From IMG/VR virus record IMGVR_UViG_3300037467_001050, positions 1 to 64,000 of that record: a stretch of DNA of 64,000 nt; one strand, given 5' to 3'. The translations under genes and the position numbers were made by a program. The stretch is from a virus. Under the pieces are notes generated by a model. The model was not told the origin of the DNA. It was given only the letters and a program-made list of their open reading frames with translations, and did no database searches. Of this stretch, positions 39,104-47,165 are shown piece by piece. Within the stretch, counting starts at the first letter, position 1. The number at the start of each line of letters is the position of its first letter.

Positions 39104-39550
39104 GTGACGGAACCGCTCGCAGGTCAGATCTACCGGAGCGAGGCCACAGCCCGTGCCGAGGAGGCCTTCTACGGCACCCTGAAGGCCGGTGGCGATCTGA
39201 GCCAGGATCCGCCGGAACTGCCGCTGCCCACCAGCGTCCGCATCGGCCCGCACGTCTACACGATCCGTGAGATGTCGGAGGTCGATTACCTCAAGTCCGG
39301 CTTCATGGGCTCGCATCTCGCCTCGCAGCTCGAGATCGAGATCTACCCGAAGCAGCCGTTCCGAGTGAAGGGTGAGGTGCTCCTGCACGAGATCCTGCAC
39401 GGCTGCTACTTCATGGCCGGCCTGCGCCACGACGGCCCTCCGAATGAGGAGCGCACCGTCGACGGTCTCGGTCTTCAGCTCTTCGGCGTGCTGCGCGACA
39501 ACCCGGATGTCCTCGCATACATCGTGGCTGCCTCTAAGGCCCAACCATGA
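39104..39550 (+). CDS. HEXXH metallopeptidase-like phage protein
   Basis: GEVLLHEILHGC...NEERTV. Confidence 0.7.
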   Translation: MTEPLAGQIYRSEATARAEEAFYGTLKAGGDLSQDPPELPLPTSVRIGPHVYTIREMSEVDYLKSGFMGSHLASQLEIEIYPKQPFRVKGEVLLHEILHGCYFMAGLRHDGPPNEERTVDGLGLQLFGVLRDNPDVLAYIVAASKAQP

Positions 39551-40134
39551 ACGTTGTCGTCGCCGACAGCCGGCTGCACGCCGAGGCCATCATCCGCTGG
39601 GCCGGCCTGAACCCGGAGAACTGGGTTCCCGGCGCATACGGCAAGAAGCTCAACGGGCTCTACGATCAGGCCTTGCTGGTACGCCCGCTGGCCGGGATCA
39701 CCGAGGAGCACTCGGACTGGATCATCGGCTACCTCGTGCCGCGCGTTCTGCGCGAGAAGGGCATCAAGACCCACCCGTCGGATTGGCTCCCGGGTGAGGA
39801 AGAGATGGCCGAGAGAGACGGTCCAGAGGCCTACGAGGCTGAGAGCGTCTTCGCCTGATCACCCATATACCATCAACAATAACAACAGCTTAGATCGAGA
39901 CACATGCTCAAGCCCGAGAACGCGCGCCGCTTCAAGTGGGAGGGTCAGCCCGTCTCGGAATGGCCGAAATGGCTCGTCGGCAGGAACTACGCCACCGATG
40001 GCAAGAAGGTCGTGCTGCACTTCCTGATTGAGGGAACGCTGACCGCTGAACTCGGCGACACGATCGTGATCAGCACAGAGCAAGTCGTCTCGATCGAACG
40101 GTCCACCTAAAACCCCAACAAGAGGGTCAGTACC

Positions 40135-40859
40135 TTGGGCAGACGCAGACAGCAGGACGATCTGAGCAACTGGGCCGACAAGGTCCGCGAGCGACGGATC
40201 AAGGCCAAGGAATTCGAGGACCGCAAGCCGGATCCGATCCAACCCAAGACCGAGACCCAGGCCACCTACCTCCGGGCGCTGCGCTCCGAGGAGCAGATCG
40301 TGGTGCTCGGGCCGGCCGGCACCGGCAAGACCTTCCTCGCCGGAACCCACGCCGCCGATCAGCTGCGGTCGCGCAAGATCCGCAAGGTCGTCATCACCCG
40401 CCCCAACGTCCCCGGCGGCCGGAGCATCGGCTTCTTCCCCGGCACCCTCGAAGAGAAGATCGCCCCTGGGTGGTCCCGCTCACCGAGACCATGAAGGAGC
40501 GCATGGGGGTAGGGCCGTTCGAGATCGCCCTCAAGAACGGCGACATCGAGATCGTGCCCTTCGAGGTGATGCGCGGCCGGACTTTTCGCGATGCCATCGT
40601 GATCCTCGATGAGGCGCAGAACACCACGCCGGCCGAGATCAAGATGTTCCTCACCCGCATCGGCGAGGACGCCCAGGTGATCGTCAACGGCGACGTGTCC
40701 CAGACCGACCTGCGCGAGACCTCCGGTCTGCGCACCGCGATCCACCTGATCAAGAGCCAGGCCCTGCAGATCCCGATCATCGAGTTCAGCAAGGACGACA
40801 TCGTGCGCTCAGGCATCTGCGCCACCTGGGTCGACGCCTTCGACACCGCCGGGATCTGA
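40135..40859 (+). pseudogene. phoH: PhoH-like ATPase split by a 1-nt frameshift
   Basis: GPAGTGKT Walker A, ITRP, GFFPGTLEEK in one frame; MRGRTF..IILDEAQN...GDVSQTD in the next; break at 40463-40470. Confidence 0.8.
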
Positions 40860-40878
40860 ATGACAAGAGTTCCTGCCA

Positions 40879-41196
40879 TTGGCCGCAGCTATGGCAGGAA
40901 CTCCATACACAACAAGAAACAAGCAACACAAAATGCTAGACTGTCAACGTAGCGGTGCAATCATCATCTCGGTTGTCACGGTCCTCGGTTTCGCGATCGT
41001 GTGCGGGCTGACGTTCTTCATGCCGCGTCTCGACAACCAGCTCACGACCGTGATGCTCACCACCTACTCAGCTGGGTTCATCGCGGTCCTGAACTACTGG
41101 CTCGGCTCATCTGCCGGGTCGAAGGCCAAGGATCAGCAGATCGCCTCCTTGTCACAGAGCCTGACCGCACAGCCGGCAGAGCGAACCAACCAATAA
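40879..41196 (+). CDS. Holin-like membrane protein (start uncertain)
   Basis: Two TM segments followed by YWLGSSAGSKAKD motif. Confidence 0.6.
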   Translation: MAAAMAGTPYTTRNKQHKMLDCQRSGAIIISVVTVLGFAIVCGLTFFMPRLDNQLTTVMLTTYSAGFIAVLNYWLGSSAGSKAKDQQIASLSQSLTAQPAERTNQ

Positions 41197-41225
41197 GACC
41201 CCGGCCAACGGGGCGAGAGGAAACC

Positions 41226-41840
41226 ATGACGAAGCCCACCGGACGGCCGCGCGGCCGTCCCCGCAAGGACGCCGTCGAGCGTCCCGAGATCAGTGCCGAG
41301 AGCGAGAGCTGGCAGAGCCTGCCCTGGCGCCGGGTCTACGACATCATCGACGCCGACATGTCCGACGAAGACCAGGAGCGCATGCTCGATCAGGTCGACG
41401 ACGAGCAGTTCCTGAATTTCATCACGTCGCAGAACCCGAAGATCAACCCGCGGGCCAAGATCCAGATGAACCCGCTGACGCTGCGCACGCTCGCGGCGCT
41501 CGGCAAGCTCTTCTGCACCCAGCAGGAGGTCGCGGGCTATCTCGGCGTCTCGCGCGGCGCTCTGCAGAACTTCTTCGACCGCGAGCCCTACGCCCGCGAG
41601 GTGTTCGAGAACGGGCTGCAGCACGCCAAGATCTCACTGCGGCGCAAGCAGCTGGCGCTCGCCGACAAGAACGCGCCCGCCGCGATCTTCCTCGGCAAAA
41701 ACTATCTCGGCCAGCGCGACGAGCACCACAACACCACCACCAATGTGTCCGTCTCAAAGCTGTCGGACGCGGAGCTCGAAGAAATGGCACGGGCTGAAGC
41801 TGCCAAGGCAAAGGCCCAGACCAAGCAGTTCCACAGCTAA
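41226..41840 (+). CDS. terS: Terminase small subunit
   Basis: GRPRGRP N-terminus, HTH, AAIFLGKNYLGQRD; precedes TerL. Confidence 0.75.
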   Translation: MTKPTGRPRGRPRKDAVERPEISAESESWQSLPWRRVYDIIDADMSDEDQERMLDQVDDEQFLNFITSQNPKINPRAKIQMNPLTLRTLAALGKLFCTQQEVAGYLGVSRGALQNFFDREPYAREVFENGLQHAKISLRRKQLALADKNAPAAIFLGKNYLGQRDEHHNTTTNVSVSKLSDAELEEMARAEAAKAKAQTKQFHS

Positions 41841-41852
41841 GCAAGCACACCC

Positions 41853-43322
41853 ATGTCCAACAATGACGACGGCGGGAGCATCTCGCCGGCGACTGAGCTG
41901 CAACGCCGTCGGCGCGCACGCACGTCGCTCATCGGCTTTGCCGAATTCACCCTGGCCAAGTACAAGGCCGATCCCTTCCACTACAAGGTGGCGGAGAAGC
42001 TCGAAGCGGTCGAACGCGGCGAGATCAAGCGCCTGATGATCTTCGCGCCGCCGCGGCACGGCAAGTCCGAGCTGTCGACGCGCCGCTTCCCGGCTTGGTA
42101 CTTGGGTCGGAACCCGACCCACAACATCATCTCGGCCTCATACAACGCCGCGTTTGCCAAGGGCTTCGGCCGCAACGTCCGCGACATCGTCAACCAGGAG
42201 GAGTTCGGCGTCCTGTTCCCCGACGCCCGGGTGCGCGCCGATCTGCGCGCCGCGGATGAATGGGAGCTGGAGCAGGGCGGCCAATACTTCTCAGTGGGTG
42301 TCGGCTCAGGCACAACGGGCCGCGGTGCCAATCTATTTCTCATCGACGATCCAATCAAAGATAGAAAAGAGGCCGACTCCAAGACGTTCCGCGAGGATAT
42401 GTGGAACTGGTACCGAGACGTCGTCTACACCCGTCTCGAAGAAGACGCCCCGATCATCCTCACACTGACCCGGTGGCACTTCGACGACATCGCCGGCCGG
42501 CTTCTCGAGCTGCAGAAAACCGGCAAGGGTGAGCCGTGGGAGGTCCTACTCCTGCCGGCGCTCGCTACGCCGCGCAAGGACCCCGACACCGGAAAGCCCA
42601 TTCTCACGGAGGATGGCACCGTCCCGGGCGATCCGCTCAACCGCAAGCCCTTCGAGCCGCTGTCGCCGTCGCGCTTCTCCTACAAGGCCCTGAAGGACCG
42701 CGAGGAGGTTCTCGGCGAGCGCGGCTGGTCGGCCCTCTACCAGCAGAACCCCATCTCGGAAGAAGGTGGGATGTTCAAGTCCAGCTGGTTCGGGGTGGCC
42801 GACACGCTGCCCGCGCGCCGGCAGCGCGTGCGCGCCTGGGACTTCGGTGCCTCAATCGACGGCGACTGGACCGTCGGCGTCCTGATGAGCCGCGACAGCA
42901 ACGGCGTCTTCTACATCGAGGACGTGCGCCGGCTGCGCGGAACACCCCATGAGGTCGAGAAGCTGGTCTCGGAGACGGCCCGCGACGACGGCAAGGGCGT
43001 CCGGATCCGCATCCCCCAGGATCCGGGTCAGGCTGGTAAGGCTCAGAAGCTCAATTACATGAGGCTGTTGGCCGGCTACCGCGTGGAAGCCGAGCGGATC
43101 AGCGGAGACAAGAAAACCCGCGCCGAAGCCTTCGCGGCCCAAGCGCAGGGCGAGATGGTCAAGATCTACACCGGCGGCGTGGGCGGCTCCCACTGGCGGC
43201 AGGTGTTCTTGGACGAGCTCGCCACATTTCCCCTCGGAACCCACGACGACCAAGTCGACGCAGCCGCCGACGCTTTCAACGCCCTGCTCGGGCGGCGGAA
43301 GGCCGGCATCGCTGACTGGTGA
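41853..43322 (+). CDS. terL: Terminase large subunit
   Basis: APPRHGKS Walker A, LIDDP Walker B, RAWDFGA nuclease, HDDQVDA. Confidence 0.95.
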   Translation: MSNNDDGGSISPATELQRRRRARTSLIGFAEFTLAKYKADPFHYKVAEKLEAVERGEIKRLMIFAPPRHGKSELSTRRFPAWYLGRNPTHNIISASYNAAFAKGFGRNVRDIVNQEEFGVLFPDARVRADLRAADEWELEQGGQYFSVGVGSGTTGRGANLFLIDDPIKDRKEADSKTFREDMWNWYRDVVYTRLEEDAPIILTLTRWHFDDIAGRLLELQKTGKGEPWEVLLLPALATPRKDPDTGKPILTEDGTVPGDPLNRKPFEPLSPSRFSYKALKDREEVLGERGWSALYQQNPISEEGGMFKSSWFGVADTLPARRQRVRAWDFGASIDGDWTVGVLMSRDSNGVFYIEDVRRLRGTPHEVEKLVSETARDDGKGVRIRIPQDPGQAGKAQKLNYMRLLAGYRVEAERISGDKKTRAEAFAAQAQGEMVKIYTGGVGGSHWRQVFLDELATFPLGTHDDQVDAAADAFNALLGRRKAGIADW

Positions 43323-43353
43323 CTTGCAGGAAAGCAAATAGAGAAGCAAGAAA

Positions 43354-44892
43354 ATGGCTCAAACTGCAAATCCCGGCCTGTTCTCGGCTGCCTCCGCCTC
43401 GATGTCGGCACGGCGCGCGCTGATGCGCGCGGTCTACGGCGGCACAGAGACCCTGCGCGCCGCACGGGAAACCTACCTGCCGCGCTACGAGAACGAGAGC
43501 CCGACCCGCTACGAGACCCGGCTCGCCGCTGCCACGTCGCTGAACAAGCTCAGGGAGGCCGTCGACGCGGCTTCCGCGAAGCCGTTCAAGACGATGATCA
43601 AGTTGATCAACAACACCGACGCCGATCTCGATCAGTGGGTCCGTGACATCGATCTGACCGGCAACCATCTGCACATCTTCGCCCACCAGCACTTCAACGA
43701 CTCGCTGCTGATGGGGCAGGGGCACATCCTGGTGGATCACCCGACCACCTCGAACATGCCGAACCTCGGCGCTCAGCTCGCCTCAGGCGTTCGGCCGTTC
43801 ATGAAGTACATCCGCGACGACGACCTGCGCGCGGCCTACAGCGAGAACGTCGGCGGCGACATCCAGGTGACGCACGTCCGCATCTTCTCGACCCGCGTGG
43901 AGCGCGAGCCCGGCACCTTCAAGGAGAAGGTCTGGAACCAGATCTACGTGATCGAGAAGGAGGTCGGCGCCAACGCGGGCGTCGTGCAGGTCTGGGAGCA
44001 GGACGCGCAGGCCGGCGGCGACAGCTGGGATCTCATCTCCGAGAGCCCGCTCACCATGCCGGAAGTGCCGTTCGTGACGCTCTACGCGGGCGAGAAGGAG
44101 GGCGACTTCATCACCCGCCCGATCTTCCTCGACTTGGCGCACAAACAGGTGGAGCACTACCAGAGCTCGGCCGACCAGCGCTCGATCCTGTCCGCGGCGC
44201 GCTTCCCCATGCTCGCCGCCTCCGGCATTGAGTTCGACGAGGAGGAGATCTCGAAGTTCACGGTCGGCCCCTACAAGGCGCTGTTCTCCCCCGATCCGCA
44301 GGGCCGCTACTACTACGTCGAGCCGGCCGGACGGGCGATCAAGTCTGGCGCGGACGACCTCGCCGCCATGGAAATCCAGATGGACATGATGTCCCTCAAT
44401 CCCGTGGTCGGCACGCACCGGCAGTACGTGCCCGCCAACGAGCGCGACATCGCCGAGACGCGGGTGCATTCGGTGGTCCACGATCTGGCGCTGTCCGAGA
44501 AGGACGCGCTGGAGCGCGCGATCGGCTTCATGGGCACCTGGGTCAACCGGGACTTCTCGAACGTGGGCGTCGGCCTCAACTCCGACTTCACGAACACGAA
44601 GGACAAGATGATCCAGATGGGCGTCTTGTTGAACGCCTTCACCTCGAAGGCGATCTCGCTCGAGACCTTCCTGGAGCAGGCGCGCCGCCTCGATCTCGTG
44701 GACGACGAGTTCGACGTGAACGCCGAGGTCCAGCGGCTGGCCGCCGCCAACGCGGCGCTCGCGGACGAGGAGGATCCCAACGTCGACAACACCGGCCCGG
44801 TCGCCGGCTCGGCCTCCGACCCGGTACGTGCTTCGACCACGGCCCCGGTGGACTTCCCGAACGGCCGGACCCGCCCTAGATCTCAGATCTGA
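43354..44892 (+). CDS. Portal protein (DUF4055-like)
   Basis: YLPRYENES..RY..RL, follows TerL, 512 aa. Confidence 0.85.
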   Translation: MAQTANPGLFSAASASMSARRALMRAVYGGTETLRAARETYLPRYENESPTRYETRLAAATSLNKLREAVDAASAKPFKTMIKLINNTDADLDQWVRDIDLTGNHLHIFAHQHFNDSLLMGQGHILVDHPTTSNMPNLGAQLASGVRPFMKYIRDDDLRAAYSENVGGDIQVTHVRIFSTRVEREPGTFKEKVWNQIYVIEKEVGANAGVVQVWEQDAQAGGDSWDLISESPLTMPEVPFVTLYAGEKEGDFITRPIFLDLAHKQVEHYQSSADQRSILSAARFPMLAASGIEFDEEEISKFTVGPYKALFSPDPQGRYYYVEPAGRAIKSGADDLAAMEIQMDMMSLNPVVGTHRQYVPANERDIAETRVHSVVHDLALSEKDALERAIGFMGTWVNRDFSNVGVGLNSDFTNTKDKMIQMGVLLNAFTSKAISLETFLEQARRLDLVDDEFDVNAEVQRLAAANAALADEEDPNVDNTGPVAGSASDPVRASTTAPVDFPNGRTRPRSQI

Positions 44893-44916
44893 TTGGCAGG
44901 AATGCAAAGGTAGAAG

Positions 44917-45165
44917 GTGAGAGACACGTCGCTGGACTACACGATCGAGGTCTACGAATGCGAACTCTGCTCGATCCAGCAGGGCCGCCCTGTCGTGGAA
45001 CTCGTCCGCATGATCCCGGCGGCACTCACCTTCGCCGGAACCCTGATCGGCGACGAGGCGTGGTGCTGCCCGGTGTGCCGGACGGCCAAGTTCGATCTCA
45101 AGCGGCGCCGGATCGACCCGAACCGGCCCGCCAAGAGGCGGTCCCGACAGCGAAAAATGGCTTGA
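44917..45165 (+). CDS. Small Zn-finger protein
   Basis: CELC...CPVC; motif copy and AGAAGG upstream of GTG. Confidence 0.55.
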   Translation: MRDTSLDYTIEVYECELCSIQQGRPVVELVRMIPAALTFAGTLIGDEAWCCPVCRTAKFDLKRRRIDPNRPAKRRSRQRKMA

Positions 45166-45188
45166 CAGCGTTTGCATTTTCTGGGGTG

Positions 45189-45217
45189 TTGACATCCCGA
45201 AAGGAAAATGCTAATGG
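45189..45217 (+). promoter_or_regulatory. Sigma70-type promoter of the tRNA island
   Basis: TTGACA-17 nt-TAATGG (GCTAAT alphaproteobacterial-type -10), flanked by TGCA half-sites. Confidence 0.65.
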
Positions 45218-45489
45218 AATGGCATCCTGCAAAAGGTGTGAGTGAAGCATGTCCGTCGCGACGTCCCTTTCCCGCTGGGAGCTACCGACCTTCGGTGGCG
45301 TGGCGGCCGAGGATGTCCCGGCATGGATCGTCGAGGCGATGCTCCTCGGCGTCCTCACCGTGAACCGCCTCGGCGGGTTCACCCTCGACGATGCCCGCGG
45401 CACGAGCTGCATGGCAGGCGACATCGTGGTCCGACAGCCAGACGGCTCGATCACGTTCGAGAAGCAGGAGCAGGCCATCGCGGCCTGAT

Positions 45490-45581
45490 TGGAGCGTAGC
45501 TCAGTTGGTTAGAGCGCTGGCTTACCCCCGGTCTAACGGGGACGCCGGAGGCCACAGGTTCGAGCCCTGTCGCACCATCCA
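45490..45581 (+). ncRNA. tRNA-Asp-like RNA with 22-nt expanded anticodon loop
   Basis: Acceptor TGGAGCG/CGCACCA+T+CCA; D arm GCTC/GAGC; anticodon stem CTGGC/GCCGG; T arm ACAGG-TTCGAGC-CCTGT. Confidence 0.75.
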
Positions 45582-45663
45582 TCGGGAGCTGATCTGAAAG
45601 CCGCGATCAACAGGCTGGCGGCAGCTGGCCCTCCCGGCCAATTTCGCCCGAAATTGGGCACGG

Positions 45664-45740
45664 TAGGGTGTAGCTCAGCGGTCTAGAGCGCGGGTCTCCA
45701 AAACCCGGTGTCGCAGGTTCAAATCCTGCCTCCCTAGCCA
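45664..45740 (+). tRNA. trnW: tRNA-Trp(CCA)
   Basis: Full cloverleaf; anticodon arm CGGGT-CTCCAAA-ACCCG; encoded 3' CCA. Confidence 0.9.
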
Positions 45741-45779
45741 ATAGTTAGCCCGCAAGGGTGTTTTTGGAGAGCGAAAAGC

Positions 45780-46349
45780 TTGACCACGTACAGCATTTTC
45801 GATCACGGCTCTTGGGAGTCCTACATCAAGCCCGATAGCTTCGGGTCCATCCGACAGATCGGAACCGGGATCGACTGGTACGACTACCGGCAGAATGCCG
45901 CGAACTTCCACGGTGGCGTTCTTGTCACCCTGATGCAGGATTATGCGAACCCGGACGGCTTCCTGTCGGCGGCGCCAAACACCGATGTGTCGATGGTGTC
46001 CCCCTTCGGACGACTGATCGAGATCTTGGACTACGCTGGCTCCACACCTTCCGGTCCCAACAGCGATCTGGCCAACGCTCAGGTCGTCATCAGCGGCAAT
46101 ACCGCGACGTTCACGAAGCCTTACACCCTGACCTCTCGCACGGTTGTGAACCGCATGACCGACGCTGAGATGTACGCCGCCTACATGGCCGACCAGCTGC
46201 AGCCGCTGCGGTCTCGCCTCACAGGGACCGCCGTGCTGCTGACGAGCTTCACGGCACAGAGCGGGACCTCACAGTTCAGCCTGATCAAGGCGGCCTTCGC
46301 CAACCTGTTCGGTGCAGCTCGCGCCGAGACGCTGACAGCGGCCCCGTAG
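45780..46349 (+). CDS. Tail-fibre-assembly-like protein inserted in the tRNA island
   Basis: TTG start with GGAG RBS; DHGSW..Y.P N-terminus and helical C-terminus resemble alphaproteobacterial phage fibre chaperones. Confidence 0.45.
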   Translation: MTTYSIFDHGSWESYIKPDSFGSIRQIGTGIDWYDYRQNAANFHGGVLVTLMQDYANPDGFLSAAPNTDVSMVSPFGRLIEILDYAGSTPSGPNSDLANAQVVISGNTATFTKPYTLTSRTVVNRMTDAEMYAAYMADQLQPLRSRLTGTAVLLTSFTAQSGTSQFSLIKAAFANLFGAARAETLTAAP

Positions 46350-46447
46350 TCGCCAGACGAGAACGAGATCGGCCGGCCCGCGTGGCCGGCCCACAATCAT
46401 GCTCTACCCCAGAGCGCATTCCCTACGGGCACCAGCCCTGAAAAACG

Positions 46448-46473
46448 TTGACGCCCCAGGTTAGGCCTACCAC
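46448..46473 (+). promoter_or_regulatory. Second candidate sigma70 promoter
   Basis: TTGACG followed by CCTACCAC at -10-like spacing, upstream of the structured RNA block. Confidence 0.4.
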
Positions 46474-46645
46474 CCCCTTCGAGGGGGAACTCGAGCCCTC
46501 GTATGCGGCTCGAGTGGCGGTACTATGGTCGGATTAAGTAGGCGGGGAATTGCGAGGCAAGGAAGGTGGCGAGAGCCCCGGGTTCCGGTGCGAAAGCACG
46601 ACTGGACCGGCCAGACCGACGGGTCGCAAATGGGTGCCAATTCGA
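46473..46645 (+). ncRNA. Candidate structured ncRNA
   Basis: 9-bp stem ACTCGAGCC/GGCTCGAGT; GNRA hairpins GGC-GAGA-GCC and GTGC-GAAA-GCAC closed by TTGCGA/TCGCAA. Confidence 0.45.
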
Positions 46646-46648
46646 GAT

Positions 46649-46745
46649 CGACGACGTGGTGGCTGAGAGGCTGAAGGCACCACAGAAATGGGGCACGGCC
46701 TGCGGGTCGTCGGGGGTTCAAATCCCTCCCACGTCGTCGTTTCCA
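46649..46745 (+). ncRNA. tRNA-Ser-like RNA lacking an anticodon
   Basis: Ser-type D loop, 6-bp variable arm, T arm, G73; anticodon arm 14 nt (CCACA-GAAA-TGGGG); terminal stem extends to 11 bp. Confidence 0.7.
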
Positions 46746-46747
46746 TG

Positions 46748-46824
46748 CCCGGTGTAGCTCAGTCTGGTAGAGCATGTGGTTCATGCCCACGGAGCCGCTG
46801 GTTCAAATCCAGCCACCGGCACCA
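46748..46824 (+). tRNA. tRNA(CAT), Met/fMet/Ile2 class
   Basis: Cloverleaf; TGTGG-TTCATGC-CCACG; C1:C72 mismatch; A73 and CCA. Confidence 0.85.
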
Positions 46825-46941
46825 ACTTTCGAGGCGTGGACCCCTCGGGACCTCTCCGGTCCTAAGGCCTCGATCCCACCACGGTCGTGCTCGAACCGTG
46901 GTCCCTGCGCATGCGGGATACGATGAAGGGAAGGGGTGTCC

Positions 46942-47051
46942 GGGAGGGCATGAGGGCGGAGAGCCCCATCGGGCGCGTCGAGCTGAGCGTGCTCAGCTTC
47001 ACCGGCCCGATGCCTTTTGGCTTGGCGGTGAAAATCCAGCCCCTCCCACCA
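46942..47051 (+). ncRNA. 110-nt tRNA-shaped RNA with long central helix
   Basis: GGGAGGG/CCCTCCC+A+CCA; GGGC/GCCC hairpin; CATCGGGC/GCCCGATG and AGCTGAG/CTCAGCT stems; TGAAAAT T-loop-like. Confidence 0.6.
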
Positions 47052-47056
47052 GTTTC

Positions 47057-47140
47057 GAGTGAGATGCCCGGGTGGACGGGCGGGAGGCTGTAACCCTCCT
47101 GGCTATGCCGTGGTGGGTTCGAGCCCTGCCTCACTCACCA
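47057..47140 (+). tRNA. trnY: tRNA-Tyr(GTA)
   Basis: GAGTGAG/CTCACTC+A+CCA; GGAGG-CTGTAAC-CCTCC; long variable arm. Confidence 0.9.
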
Positions 47141-47165
47141 AAATTCAAACCTATCCGAGGGCTTC

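Noticed and set aside
45531-45536. CTA in the inserted loop read as an amber-suppressor anticodon
   Set aside because: The loop is 6 nt on an over-long arm and the body is Asp-like; no TAG-interrupted genes were noticed that would need suppression
46550-46640. c-di-GMP-I riboswitch (GAAA hairpin and GGGTCGCAAA resemble GEMM)
   Set aside because: Lacks the GCAAACC junction and P1/P2 arrangement, and is not upstream of a coding gene
46828-47051. Permuted two-piece tmRNA
   Set aside because: No G3-U70 alanine identity pair, no tag reading frame, and the acceptor strands are contiguous
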